A stretch of DNA of 64,000 nucleotides from NCBI GenBank assembly GCA_031254315.1, contig JAIRUQ010000122.1, positions 7,817 through 71,816 on the forward strand, in the 5' to 3' direction. Both the position numbers and the translations under genes were made by a program. Below are positions 20,098 through 29,786 of this stretch, piece after piece. The DNA is from Treponema sp. (GTDB lineage Bacteria > Spirochaetota > Spirochaetia > Treponematales > Breznakiellaceae). Positions within the stretch are counted from its first letter, which is position 1; each line of letters starts with the position of its first letter. Below the pieces are notes generated by a model. It made no database searches, was not told the DNA's origin, and worked only from the letters and a program-made list of their open reading frames with translations.

Positions 20098-21546
20098 TCA
20101 TATTCTTACCCAAACCTGTTCAATGCCTGCGTTTCCGAGTCTCTGAATTACGGAATATACTTCCGCCGCAGGCACATTAGGCACTATCACTCTGTAATGC
20201 GGCTCGCTTCGTTCTATAAAAACATTATTAAAACCCGCTCTTTTGGCAACGTTAGCTGTATAGGTGGCTCCTTCCTGAGTAGTATAGGAGCCTACCTGTA
20301 AGCGGTAAATCTGATTGCTGTTAGGATTGGGAAGCCCGGGAATTACCTGTACCGCTATCTGTCCGCGCTGTTGGGTAGGCTCATTAATAACCGGTACAGG
20401 CGCTTGATTTTGCTGAACAACAGCAGTTTGAGTTTGCTGTGTTCGTGTTTGATTTTCTGTTACAACCTGAGTCTGCTGTTGGCGTGTTCCGTTAGGCGTA
20501 ACTTGAGTTATCCGGGGCGCGGAAGGTTCACCATTGGTTATGACAGCTCCCCTTGTTTCCCGCGCTTCTCTTGCTTCTCTCGCTTCACGTCTTTCCCATG
20601 CTTCACGTAATTCTCTTGCCTCGCGCATTTCTCTTGCTTCGCGCAATTCTCTCGCCTCACGGGATTCTCTTGCCTCCCGCGCTTCTCTCGCTTCACGAGC
20701 CTCTCTTGCCTCGCGCGCTTCTCTTGCTTCTATCATAGCGTCCCGCGCTTCCCTTGCTTCGCGTGCTTCTCTTACTTCACGAGCTTCTCTTGCCTCGCGG
20801 GCTTCTCTTGATTCACGGGCTTCTCTTGCTTCACGAGCCTCTCTTGACTCACGCGCTTCTCTTGCTTCGCGCGCCTCTCTTGCTTCACGGGCTTCTCTTG
20901 CCTCACGAGCGCCATTAGTATCAACTGAAAAGATCACAAACTCTGAAGGAATTGCGACAGGAGCGGTATTCTGTCTCGGTGCGTTGTTGGGAGCAGAAGG
21001 AGTAACAGGGGCGGCGTTATCAGCCGCAGTAGTTATATAAGCGTTAACTGTTATGTTGGGCATTTGATGTGTATTATCAGTCTCAACTGTTCTGGTTACA
21101 GAAACCGGCTGGGCTTGTGTGTTCGCTCTTGGCTGGGGCGGTGTCGCACTGGCGGCTGGCGGCTGTGGATCTGTGGGCGGTGTCGTGGCAACAGCAGGAA
21201 CCGCAGTAGGCGCTGGAGCCGGGCGCGGACGAGTATTATTGACCGAAATTGTAATCTCATTATCCGCGTTAAGGTCTAATGCCTGCCATGCGCCCTGAGA
21301 AAGGGAAGCAATCCTGTTGGATGCCGCAGGTACGCGGTCGGTTACGGTCGCTTCTATTGCTTTCCCATTTCTTGTATTGCTTACAGTTACCTTGGAATTA
21401 ATAGGAAGACTTGGATGGGCGATGCTAAGCCCGTCGCTTCTCAATTCCTGAATGGCTCTGCCTCTCTGAAAAAAGTCATTGAGCTGTGCCGAAACAAATG
21501 CGGTGATCAATATACCAATAATTATCGTTAAGATTGTCCTTTTCAT
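20098..21546 (-). CDS. RlpA-like double-psi barrel + SPOR domain protein with (REA)n linker
   Basis: AHPSLPINSKVTVSNTRNGK...VTDR (RlpA-like), Pro/Thr linker, charged REA run, C-terminal YRLQVGSY...YRV (SPOR); AAGGAG before ATG 21546. Confidence 0.8.
   Translation of the reverse strand: MKRTILTIIIGILITAFVSAQLNDFFQRGRAIQELRSDGLSIAHPSLPINSKVTVSNTRNGKAIEATVTDRVPAASNRIASLSQGAWQALDLNADNEITISVNNTRPRPAPAPTAVPAVATTPPTDPQPPAASATPPQPRANTQAQPVSVTRTVETDNTHQMPNITVNAYITTAADNAAPVTPSAPNNAPRQNTAPVAIPSEFVIFSVDTNGAREAREAREAREAREAREARESREAREAREARESREAREAREAREVREAREAREARDAMIEAREAREAREAREAREAREARESREARELREAREMREARELREAWERREAREAREARETRGAVITNGEPSAPRITQVTPNGTRQQQTQVVTENQTRTQQTQTAVVQQNQAPVPVINEPTQQRGQIAVQVIPGLPNPNSNQIYRLQVGSYTTQEGATYTANVAKRAGFNNVFIERSEPHYRVIVPNVPAAEVYSVIQRLGNAGIEQVWVRI
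20555..20910 (-). repeat. Coding tandem repeat, 9-bp unit encoding R-E-A
   Basis: Several dozen REA/RES/REL units with synonymous variation (GCTTCTCTT / GCCTCGCGC on the + strand). Confidence 0.95.
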
Positions 21547-21586
21547 AACCATCTCCTTTTTTAAGTTAACTACAAACCTTTTAACT

Positions 21587-21649
21587 GTATCTGCCGTTTT
21601 AATGGCAGATACTGATTTTGTATATGCCGCCGTAAAGCGGCATATACAA
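21587..21649 (-). terminator. Twin hairpins after the large lipoprotein gene
   Basis: GTATCTGCC/GGCAGATAC (21587-21612) and TTGTATATGCCGC/GCGGCATATACAA (21618-21649). Confidence 0.65.
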
Positions 21650-21658
21650 CCTATACAA

Positions 21659-24067
21659 TTAGTTTTTAATTATTAGCGTTACTCTCGTACCATAGACTCT
21701 TCTTGAGCCAACTTGCCAAGGTCCAAGGAACAATGGTATGGACTCGTAAGGCATATTTTCAACTAAGTGCCCGTCAACTGTCTGTCCAAACTCTACAGTT
21801 AAGTAGAACTCCCATTCGGATACACCTATTTTATCATTGGCTTGATAAAAACCTGAGGATGGTCTCTGCCCTATGTATAATGAGCCTGCTTTGTTAAAGC
21901 TGATGTAGCCGCCGTTTACAGAAGAGTCAACAAGCCACTCGCCAAACTGATTTTTGGTGACTGTCTGCCTGCCGATTTCCACGCCGTCTTTATAATCTAC
22001 GACGTCATATTTAAGTACCCATTTTAATTGATGCGAAGTATATCGCTGTACAATAGTGTTTTCAACATACGCGTCATTAAAGATGTATCTGGTTGTAAAT
22101 ACAGGCTGTGTTGTCAGAGGCTGTGATTTGAATACAAGCACCTGACGAGTATCGGTTGTTACATTCGATGTTTGGGGATTGTTGCAAATTACTTCAATTC
22201 GCGCGTCTTTCTTCGCTGTACAAGTTGCTGTAAATACAAGCGGATTAGCTGTGTCGACAATTAATGGACCAACTGTTACGTTTGTATTATCAGAATAGGT
22301 AAATGTTGGTATTGCCAGCGGAGCTTTGTCAAATGTAAATGTTAATGTTGTAGTATCGTATGATGGGAGGCGAGGATCGCCTAATCCGCCGTCAGCGATT
22401 ACTTGATAGAAAACCGCTGGCACGCTGTCTCTTATGGCATTCTGAACCATAGTTTCCGTTACAGTAAGAGTTACAGCTCCGCCTATGTACAACGGGCGCT
22501 GTACTTCTATAACGACCTTGCCTTTGCCGACAGTATCACGATAATCTTCGCATATTATGTGAATTGTGTATGAGTCGCCTGAAGTGATATTTGCTTCTGC
22601 CGATGTGAAAATGACAGAGTCGTTTCCGCCTGCCGCTCCGATAGGACCGCGGGATACAAAGTTAATGTCCTCTTTATAGTACATAAGGTCATTCTGCGTT
22701 TCCCTGTATTTCTTGACAGCAAGTCCTATAATCCTCATCGCCGATGATTCATTAAGAATATTGAATTTTACAGAGTTTATATCATTGTTCACTATAAAGT
22801 CATTTCTATCGGCGCTTGACATAAGCAGATTCATATCTGTAGTTTTGCTGATAGCAAAGTTATCGCCGGTTTGTTTGTAGAATACGATATACTCATTTCC
22901 GGAAACGGCAATCTTGTTGGTTCTGACACGCTGAGTTGAGGTTCCGATATAATAATAGTTAATCTCTATATCGAAGTTTCGCTCAGGCGCTTGTAAATAG
23001 ATGTTAAATGAGTCGCCGCCTGTGATTGTATTCCCGCTGGTGTTTGCCCTAAAGCCGCCCTGAATAATGTTGATACTGTCAATTACAACGCTTGAAGAAG
23101 CATTATAAATGGTGATGGACTTTTCAGATGATTGCTTATTATACTGGTCGCGCAGATAATCAATCAAAGTATTCATGCCGGTATCTACATTCACTTCATT
23201 TGTGATTTCAATTTTGTGATTTAAGAATGCGTTAAGCAGTGTTTGAGCGTGTTTATCTAACGCATTGCTTATTACTAAGCCTAAATCACCCATGCTGTTA
23301 ATGGCGTTTTCGCCGGAAATCCTGATTTCGTTTATAATATTTTCAAGCCCGCTGTCAATGCCGGTAATGTCGATTTTCCCGCTGATAATCGCGTTAATAA
23401 TACCTGAAACAATTATTTGATTACCATTAGGCGGGAGCACTATAACATTATTGTTGTTACTATCGCTGGGGTCCGGCGCTTGTTTTTCTGTGTCTTCATC
23501 TATAGCCATTAACTGACCATCTGATGTTTTATAGAACAGAATTACATAGTCCAATCCGCGCGGCATTTGTTTTTTAATTGAAATAGTATGCTCAGTTCCC
23601 ACAGGAGGATAAGCCCCGTAGTCAATCGCGTAACTGGCATCCCACCAATCAGGTTTATTCTGCGGGAAGGTTATGCCTGCTGTTGAATAGGTAAGTTCAA
23701 CTGTATACCAAGGAACCGGATTATGAGGCGCAGGTTTGTGATATGACGCAAGAGACGTGCCATGCGGTACTGCCGCGATTCCCGATCCGTGAATATCTCC
23801 GGGCGGATAAGTTATCGGATATGCAGGGTCATTATCATTACGGTAAATCTTTAAATCCTTAATATCAACAGTCTTTGATTTATTGATTACCCATAAGACC
23901 GAATTGTCTTTTAACCATGCGTCAATTTCGCCTGTTATTTTAATTTCGTCCTTAGTTATTACAGGTAAAAAATCAACTGGGTCAAGACAGGTGACCATTC
24001 CGATCATGCTGCCAAAAATAAGAATGCCGCCAAAAATAAAAAAAATACTTTTTCTTACAGTGTTCAT
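21659..24067 (-). CDS. Large surface lipoprotein with repeated beta-rich (Ig-like) domains
   Basis: Signal ...GSMIGMVT-C; repeated ..N.S....I..I.I units; AAGGAG RBS; directly downstream of a barrel-family gene. Confidence 0.8.
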   Translation of the reverse strand: MNTVRKSIFFIFGGILIFGSMIGMVTCLDPVDFLPVITKDEIKITGEIDAWLKDNSVLWVINKSKTVDIKDLKIYRNDNDPAYPITYPPGDIHGSGIAAVPHGTSLASYHKPAPHNPVPWYTVELTYSTAGITFPQNKPDWWDASYAIDYGAYPPVGTEHTISIKKQMPRGLDYVILFYKTSDGQLMAIDEDTEKQAPDPSDSNNNNVIVLPPNGNQIIVSGIINAIISGKIDITGIDSGLENIINEIRISGENAINSMGDLGLVISNALDKHAQTLLNAFLNHKIEITNEVNVDTGMNTLIDYLRDQYNKQSSEKSITIYNASSSVVIDSINIIQGGFRANTSGNTITGGDSFNIYLQAPERNFDIEINYYYIGTSTQRVRTNKIAVSGNEYIVFYKQTGDNFAISKTTDMNLLMSSADRNDFIVNNDINSVKFNILNESSAMRIIGLAVKKYRETQNDLMYYKEDINFVSRGPIGAAGGNDSVIFTSAEANITSGDSYTIHIICEDYRDTVGKGKVVIEVQRPLYIGGAVTLTVTETMVQNAIRDSVPAVFYQVIADGGLGDPRLPSYDTTTLTFTFDKAPLAIPTFTYSDNTNVTVGPLIVDTANPLVFTATCTAKKDARIEVICNNPQTSNVTTDTRQVLVFKSQPLTTQPVFTTRYIFNDAYVENTIVQRYTSHQLKWVLKYDVVDYKDGVEIGRQTVTKNQFGEWLVDSSVNGGYISFNKAGSLYIGQRPSSGFYQANDKIGVSEWEFYLTVEFGQTVDGHLVENMPYESIPLFLGPWQVGSRRVYGTRVTLIIKN

Positions 24068-24210
24068 ACGCTACTCCTTAATAAACACAATAGAAAGTTA
24101 TAATAGGAAGTTTTTTTGCTTCCTATATCCAACAATTTTTATGTGTGCATGGATGCTTTTAAATTCAAAAACAGTTTTTTCTATTTACGCTATTTTTTTG
24201 CCTCCTTGTT

Positions 24211-25248
24211 TTAACGCGGTCTTCTGTCAGCAAACCCTATTTTGTATCCAACGCTTAATCCAACAATGAAACGGGTGTAATGTATTTCTGAAGGGTTCGG
24301 ATAGAGTTGATTATTGTTTTTTGTCAGTACGTCGCCGATGAAGCGTATGTAGTTGACATCCATAAAGAAAGCGCCCATGCTTCCGCCTTTAACACCAATT
24401 TGAATACCACCGCCAACTCCTAAGCTGGGAAACTTAACATTGTTTGAGGATGTGTCCAGAGGAAATGAAACCGCCGCGTACGGCTCAATCATGAAATGTT
24501 TTGAAGGCTTAATTGGAAATTTTTGTTCAATTTGAATTGCGGGAATAAAAGTGTTGCTAAAAGGGTCTCCGAAGCTGAGATTGAAATTAACTTCGGTGCT
24601 CATCCAATTGAGATATTGAAATTCAAGACCAATGGTTACTGCAGGGAATGGGTTGATTCTGTGATCTATGTTATGCCATATTTTTCCGCCGGCGTTATTG
24701 GGATCATCGCCCCAAAGAGCCATTGGGTCCATTAATTGATAGAATGTGATTGGATAATCAAAGGATGTCCTTATATATATCCATTTGTTTCTCCAGCGGT
24801 TATCATCTACAGTCCCTTCCATCCTGTTTACGGGAACATTCGCCATAGCTTCATAGAGCAGGTAGAGGTTGTAATCGTACATTTCGTCCGTTGTATCAAA
24901 GGCAAACGAAAACGCGACAATTCCGGCATTGTCTTCGTTTCTGATGAGGTTTATCTGAAGAACGTACTGTTTTTCACCTTCCGGTGCAGGTTCTTCAGTG
25001 CCGTCATCGTAGCGGATCATATTGGGTTTTACTTCAAGTTTGATGGTATAATCGGCTTCGGGGGCGTTTTCGACCACTTCATAGCCCGCGCCGATGGTCT
25101 CAATAGTGAAATTTTCCTTAAAATATGCCGCTTGATCGGTATTTGCCACTACAGGAGCGATGTAAACATGGGTGTTTTTCCACGTCTGAGCGCCTGCTGA
25201 CATAGCCGAAATCAAAATAAATATGAAAAATATTGCGTATTTTCTCAT
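24211..25248 (-). CDS. Putative outer-membrane beta-barrel protein (paralog of 4288-5331)
   Basis: Signal peptide; GAGY.V.E, W.NKW.Y.R.SFDYPI, FLNWMS.E.NF, GAFF..VNY, GL..GYK.GF shared with 4288-5331. Confidence 0.8.
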   Translation of the reverse strand: MRKYAIFFIFILISAMSAGAQTWKNTHVYIAPVVANTDQAAYFKENFTIETIGAGYEVVENAPEADYTIKLEVKPNMIRYDDGTEEPAPEGEKQYVLQINLIRNEDNAGIVAFSFAFDTTDEMYDYNLYLLYEAMANVPVNRMEGTVDDNRWRNKWIYIRTSFDYPITFYQLMDPMALWGDDPNNAGGKIWHNIDHRINPFPAVTIGLEFQYLNWMSTEVNFNLSFGDPFSNTFIPAIQIEQKFPIKPSKHFMIEPYAAVSFPLDTSSNNVKFPSLGVGGGIQIGVKGGSMGAFFMDVNYIRFIGDVLTKNNNQLYPNPSEIHYTRFIVGLSVGYKIGFADRRPR

Positions 25249-25410
25249 GATAAACTCCTTTTTTCAGTCAAAAATCGCTAAAATCAGGCTAATCAATGGT
25301 TGTTTCATGGAAATATTGTAAAAAACGACTGTTTATATATTTAAAATACAAATATTCAAATCTACCGCCCATAAAATTCGTTCATTTACGGCGGGAACCT
25401 TCATTAATAT

Positions 25411-25519
25411 GGAGATGTCCATGAAGTAAGAATTTCACCACGGAGTTCACGGAGTTTTGCTTAGATTTCTCCATCTTCCTCCGTGCTCTCCGTGGTTTAA
25501 TATTCTTCTCTGACAGTCC
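25411..25519. repeat. CACGGAG/CTCCGTG palindromic element (MITE/REP-like), copy A
   Basis: ACCACGGAGTTCACGGAG...CTCCGTGCTCTCCGTGGT; similar to the inverted copy at 28182-28300. Confidence 0.85.
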
Positions 25520-25572
25520 TGTCATTTCACTCTTGATTTTCTTGCCTATTTCTGGTAAATAATTGTTAAGCC

Positions 25573-26868
25573 ATGAGATACTTCAATCTTGCGAATATAG
25601 CCATTATTGCCTGTCCGGGCGGGGATGTTTTTGCTAATGAAGTAATTGATCACCTGCGTCAAAAATACCACCATAGCCGTAAGCAATTAGTAGAAGAACT
25701 TTCCAAACGCTATTCCATTGATAAAGAACGGGTAGGCATTCAAATCAATCTGATAAACCGGATTGTCGCCCGCGGTATAAGTTCGCAGAGCGGAAATGAC
25801 AATAACGGGTTTAACGGCTCACCCAAAGTTCCCGTAAAATTCACCCAATTTCCTAACGGCGAGATTAAAGCCGAAATTGAGGAGTCAATCCGGGGCAAGG
25901 ATGTGTATATCTTTCAGGACGTGGAAAACCGCTATCCTGTGAATTTTTCAGGTGGAGTGGTCAATAACCTTTCAACAAATGACCATCTTATGACAATTTT
26001 TGTTTCTATTGATGCAGCAAGGCAGGCAGGGGCGGAGCGGATTACGCTGGTTATTCCCAATTATCCGTATGCGCGCCAGCACAAGGCAAAGGGGAGGGAA
26101 GGGCTTACCGCGAGCAGAATAGGGAAGATTTTTGAAAGTCTTGGGGTAAACCATATAATTACGCTGGATATTCACTCCAGAGACATTATGAACGCTTTTG
26201 ACAAAATGCGGCTTGAAAATCTGCACGCAAGCTATCAGATCATACAGACTTTGACAAAGATGGACGGTATTTTAAACGATGATTTTGTCGTGGTTTCCCC
26301 CGATACGGGCGCTGTTGATCGCAATAAGTTCTATGCTTCCGCCCTTAAAAAGCCATTGGCTCTTTTGTACAAGGAAAGGGACTATTCCAAGATTTCTAAA
26401 GACGCGTCCCAGACGAATATTTCCCAGATACGACTTTTGGGAAGCGTACAGGACAAAACCGTCTTTATGGCGGATGATCTTTTAGGTACGGGCGGCACTT
26501 TAATAAAAGGTATGAGGCTGTTGAAAGAAAACGGCGCGAGAAAAGTCATTTGCGCGATAAGTTTACCGCTCTTCTCCGGGAACGCCATTTCCCACTTTGA
26601 CGAGGCTTACAATGAGGGGCTTTTCTACCGTATTATCGGGACAAACGCCGTCTATCAGGAAGAGGTGATAAAGCGCGAATGGTATGTAAATGTCAATATT
26701 TCACGCCTTTTTGCCCATGTTATTTCGCGTCTTCATCAAAATCAGTCTGTTTCAAGCCTTTTGGATAACGCCGGTATCATTAACCGCCTGATTTCTTTAA
26801 AAATGCCTCCTGAGCCCCAGCATGAACTGCCGTTCACGCAAGATGGCGAATCAACGCCTCAATCCTGA
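25573..26868 (+). CDS. prs: Ribose-phosphate pyrophosphokinase
   Basis: FPNGEI, IRGKDVYI, YPYARQ, TLDIHS, VVSPDTGAVDR, ADDLLGTGGT. Confidence 0.93.
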   Translation: MRYFNLANIAIIACPGGDVFANEVIDHLRQKYHHSRKQLVEELSKRYSIDKERVGIQINLINRIVARGISSQSGNDNNGFNGSPKVPVKFTQFPNGEIKAEIEESIRGKDVYIFQDVENRYPVNFSGGVVNNLSTNDHLMTIFVSIDAARQAGAERITLVIPNYPYARQHKAKGREGLTASRIGKIFESLGVNHIITLDIHSRDIMNAFDKMRLENLHASYQIIQTLTKMDGILNDDFVVVSPDTGAVDRNKFYASALKKPLALLYKERDYSKISKDASQTNISQIRLLGSVQDKTVFMADDLLGTGGTLIKGMRLLKENGARKVICAISLPLFSGNAISHFDEAYNEGLFYRIIGTNAVYQEEVIKREWYVNVNISRLFAHVISRLHQNQSVSSLLDNAGIINRLISLKMPPEPQHELPFTQDGESTPQS

Positions 26869-26890
26869 AAGGCAGAAAATCCGTCAAAGC

Positions 26891-26923
26891 AAAAAAAAAG
26901 CCATGCTATTGCATGGCTTTTTT
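26891..26923. terminator. Bidirectional intrinsic terminator
   Basis: A9-GCCATGC-TATT-GCATGGC-T6 between convergent genes. Confidence 0.85.
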
Positions 26924-26984
26924 GAGTAAAACTGCCCCTAAACCTTAGTTTTAGGGCAACTGTCTTTTCCGGTTAACGATTTTT

Positions 26985-27299
26985 TTATCTTTTTGCTTTT
27001 GTCTTTTTTGCCGGCTTGCGCTTTGCGCCTGTTTTTTTTGCCGCCTTTTTCGCGGTAGCTTTTCCCCCGGTTTTCTTTTTCTGCTTAGCGTATTTTCGAT
27101 TTAAGTTGGCTTGGTAATCGCAACAATCTGAACATAATGTATAACCTTTTTTTACCTTACCGCCGCAACGGGGACATTTTCCGTTTGCTATACGCGTGTT
27201 GTACCGTTCTTTTCTCTGTTCATTAATTTCGTCCCTGTGGGCTTCCCGGTACTTTCTTTGCCTTTCTCTATTTGCTAGGCGTGTCTTCGCGTCAGTCAT
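26985..27299 (-). CDS. Small basic zinc-ribbon protein with histone H1-like tail
   Basis: CPRC...CSDC, basic N-terminal helix, AKKAAKK tail; AAGGAG RBS; terminator downstream. Confidence 0.75.
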   Translation of the reverse strand: MTDAKTRLANRERQRKYREAHRDEINEQRKERYNTRIANGKCPRCGGKVKKGYTLCSDCCDYQANLNRKYAKQKKKTGGKATAKKAAKKTGAKRKPAKKTKAKR

Positions 27300-27417
27300 A
27301 TCTTCACTCTCCTTTTGTAAGATGTATTATAAGTATAGCATAATATTAGTTTTTTGTATATAGTTAATTATACTTTTTTTGTATTTTTTGTATTTTTTTG
27401 CATGAATTAAGGAACCT

Positions 27418-28164
27418 ATGTCAATATTAGAAAAACTGGACGCTAGGGTAAAATTTATAGTTGTCTTAACGCTTACACTTCTGGTCTTTTTAGTGGATAA
27501 ACTTCCCGCCGCTGTTTGCTTGGTTTTATCCTTTATAGTTATTCGCTTGATTGTAAAAGTACCCTTACGGGGTTTAAAATACGCAAAAAGTCTCATTTTT
27601 TTAGTGTTGTTTATTGTTTTTACGCAAACTCTCTTTTATCCGGGCAGTGATTATATACTTAAACCCCTTATTCCTGATTCTTTCCCTGTTTTGGCGGGCG
27701 CGGGTTCATTAAAATGGGAAGGTTTGTTCCTTAGCATTGTGATTATATGCCGTCTAGCCGCCCTTATGCTTATTCTGCCTTTATTGACTGAAACAACCCC
27801 TCCCCACAAGCTTTCTGCGGGGCTTTGCGCCCTTGGCGTTAATTACCGTAGCGCATTTATCATAACAACCGCTTTTAACCTTATTCCTTTTTTTAAGGAC
27901 GAGGCTCATTCGATTATGGACGCTCAGAGGTTAAGAGGCATGCGCTCCTTTGGCATAAAAGCTTATACGGCTCTTGTAGTGCCGCTGATGTTAATCGCAA
28001 TGAAAAAAGCGCAGGATTCCTCTGTTGCCATGGATTGCCGGGCTTTTGGTGTCTATAAAACGAGAACATGGCTTGATAAGCCCAAAATGAGTGCTCTTGA
28101 TTACCGGTTTATTGCCGTGAGTGTTATTTTTTTTACGGGTCTGTTATTCTTTAATTATTGGTAG
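27418..28164 (+). CDS. ecfT: ECF transporter T component
   Basis: LDARVK, multiple TMs, AQRLRG and AMDCRAF coupling-helix motifs. Confidence 0.9.
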   Translation: MSILEKLDARVKFIVVLTLTLLVFLVDKLPAAVCLVLSFIVIRLIVKVPLRGLKYAKSLIFLVLFIVFTQTLFYPGSDYILKPLIPDSFPVLAGAGSLKWEGLFLSIVIICRLAALMLILPLLTETTPPHKLSAGLCALGVNYRSAFIITTAFNLIPFFKDEAHSIMDAQRLRGMRSFGIKAYTALVVPLMLIAMKKAQDSSVAMDCRAFGVYKTRTWLDKPKMSALDYRFIAVSVIFFTGLLFFNYW

Positions 28165-28181
28165 AAGGCAGTGAGCCTGTG

Positions 28182-28300
28182 GAAGCTGTCCTAGAAGAAA
28201 AGATAACCACGGAGTACACGGAGTTTCACGGAGGAAGAGATGAAATCTAATCAAAACTCCGTGTCCTCCGTGGTAAATTCTTATTTTTTAAGACAGCTTC
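28182..28300. repeat. CACGGAG/CTCCGTG palindromic element, copy B, with terminal inverted repeats
   Basis: GAAGCTGTC (28182-28190) / GACAGCTTC (28292-28300) enclosing three CACGGAG and two CTCCGTG units; lies inside the ECF operon. Confidence 0.85.
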
Positions 28301-28331
28301 GGGGTATCAATTGGCTTTTGAATAAAGAGTA

Positions 28332-29786
28332 ATGGAACTAATTAAGTTTGAGAATGTAAGCTATAAATACCCCAAATCCCAGAAAACCGCGCTGAAAGGT
28401 ATAAATTTATCTGTTATGGAAGGGGAATTTCTCGCTGTGGTGGGAGCCAACGGGTCGGGAAAAACTACTTTTTGCAAACTTATAAACGGAATAATTCCCT
28501 GTCTTTACGAAGGGCAGTTGTCGGGGACGGTTACAGTTGACGGCGTGCGTACGGAAAGTTCCTCTGTTTCTGCACTGGCTCTAAAAGTCGGGACGGTTCT
28601 TGACGATCCTGACGCACAGCTTTTTACATCAACAGTTCGTGGTGAAGCCGCCTTTGGTCCTGAAAACCTCCTTCTTCTGCCGGATGAAATTGAAGAAAGG
28701 GTTAAATTCGCCCTTCAAGCCGCAGGGCTTACCGGCTTTGAAGAGAGACAGCCCTCGACACTTTCCGGCGGCGAAAAACAGCGTCTCGCTATTGCGTCAG
28801 CTCTTGCCATGAAAGGGAAAATACTCGTCCTTGACGAACCTTTTTGCCGCCTTGACCCACAGGGAACGGAAGATGTAATTGCCGTTCTAAAAGAGATTCG
28901 GGAAAAACACGGTATAACGATAATCATGACATCCGGTAAAGACGCGAAAATGCTCGAAAGTGCGGATAGGGTTTGTGTTTTGAAGGACGGAAGTATTTCT
29001 GCCCTTGATACGGCAAAAAATATTTTTGAAAATAGCGTCTTGCTTGAAGAAAACAGCATACAGCCGCCTATGAATACGGATATTAACAGTATTTTTACTA
29101 TCCAAAGCGAAGAAATTAGTAATAAATATGTTAACGTTAGTAATTTTTGTTTTAATTATGATAAATCAGGTATTTCTATAGAAAATATCAATCTTTCAAT
29201 AGCAGAGAATGATTTTATCGCTATAATAGGGGATAACGGCTGTGGAAAAACGACTTTGTTAAAGAGCATTACAGGTCTTTTGCGCCCAACAAGCGGAGAT
29301 ATTTTTATTTGCGGAAAGAACACAAAGGAGCTTTCAGTTTCTGATATATCAAAATACGCAGGTTTTGTTATGCAAAACCCTGATGCCCAGCTTTTTACGG
29401 ATACTGTTTACAATGAAGTCTCCTTCGCTCTTAAAAAAATGCGTCTTTCAAAACCGGAAATAAACCGGCGCGTAAAAGACGCCCTTGATGTAGTGGGTCT
29501 CAAGGACGCGGACGCTTTTCCTCACGCTTTAAGCAGGGCAGACCGTACAAAAACAGTTATTGCTTGTGTCCTTGCGATGGGCTGTAAAATCATCATTTTT
29601 GATGAAATTGACTCTGCTCTTGATTACCGCGATAATTTAAGGATAATGAATATCGTGCGCGATCTTCACAGCAGGGGCTTTACAATTATTTTTGTTACAC
29701 ATAACATGTTTCTTGCGGCGCAATACGCGCAAAGGTTGATAAAAATGACAAGAAAAGGGATAGTATTTGCCGGGAGGCGCAAGTGA
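28332..29786 (+). CDS. ECF transporter fused duplicated ATPase (A-A')
   Basis: Two Walker A (GANGSGKT, GDNGCGKT), LSGGEKQR, LDEP, QNPDAQLF. Confidence 0.92.
   Translation: MELIKFENVSYKYPKSQKTALKGINLSVMEGEFLAVVGANGSGKTTFCKLINGIIPCLYEGQLSGTVTVDGVRTESSSVSALALKVGTVLDDPDAQLFTSTVRGEAAFGPENLLLLPDEIEERVKFALQAAGLTGFEERQPSTLSGGEKQRLAIASALAMKGKILVLDEPFCRLDPQGTEDVIAVLKEIREKHGITIIMTSGKDAKMLESADRVCVLKDGSISALDTAKNIFENSVLLEENSIQPPMNTDINSIFTIQSEEISNKYVNVSNFCFNYDKSGISIENINLSIAENDFIAIIGDNGCGKTTLLKSITGLLRPTSGDIFICGKNTKELSVSDISKYAGFVMQNPDAQLFTDTVYNEVSFALKKMRLSKPEINRRVKDALDVVGLKDADAFPHALSRADRTKTVIACVLAMGCKIIIFDEIDSALDYRDNLRIMNIVRDLHSRGFTIIFVTHNMFLAAQYAQRLIKMTRKGIVFAGRRK

Noticed and set aside
20555-20910. Possible CRISPR array or contingency repeat
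   Set aside because: 9-bp in-frame units without unique spacers, synonymously diverged; no cas genes.
20534-21040. Plus-strand ORF of (ASRASL)n repeats
   Set aside because: Antisense shadow of the REA repeat; no RBS, and the minus-strand protein has recognisable domains.
27300-27417. Vitamin riboswitch upstream of the ECF operon
   Set aside because: Short, very AT-rich gap with no TPP, cobalamin, FMN or SAM consensus.
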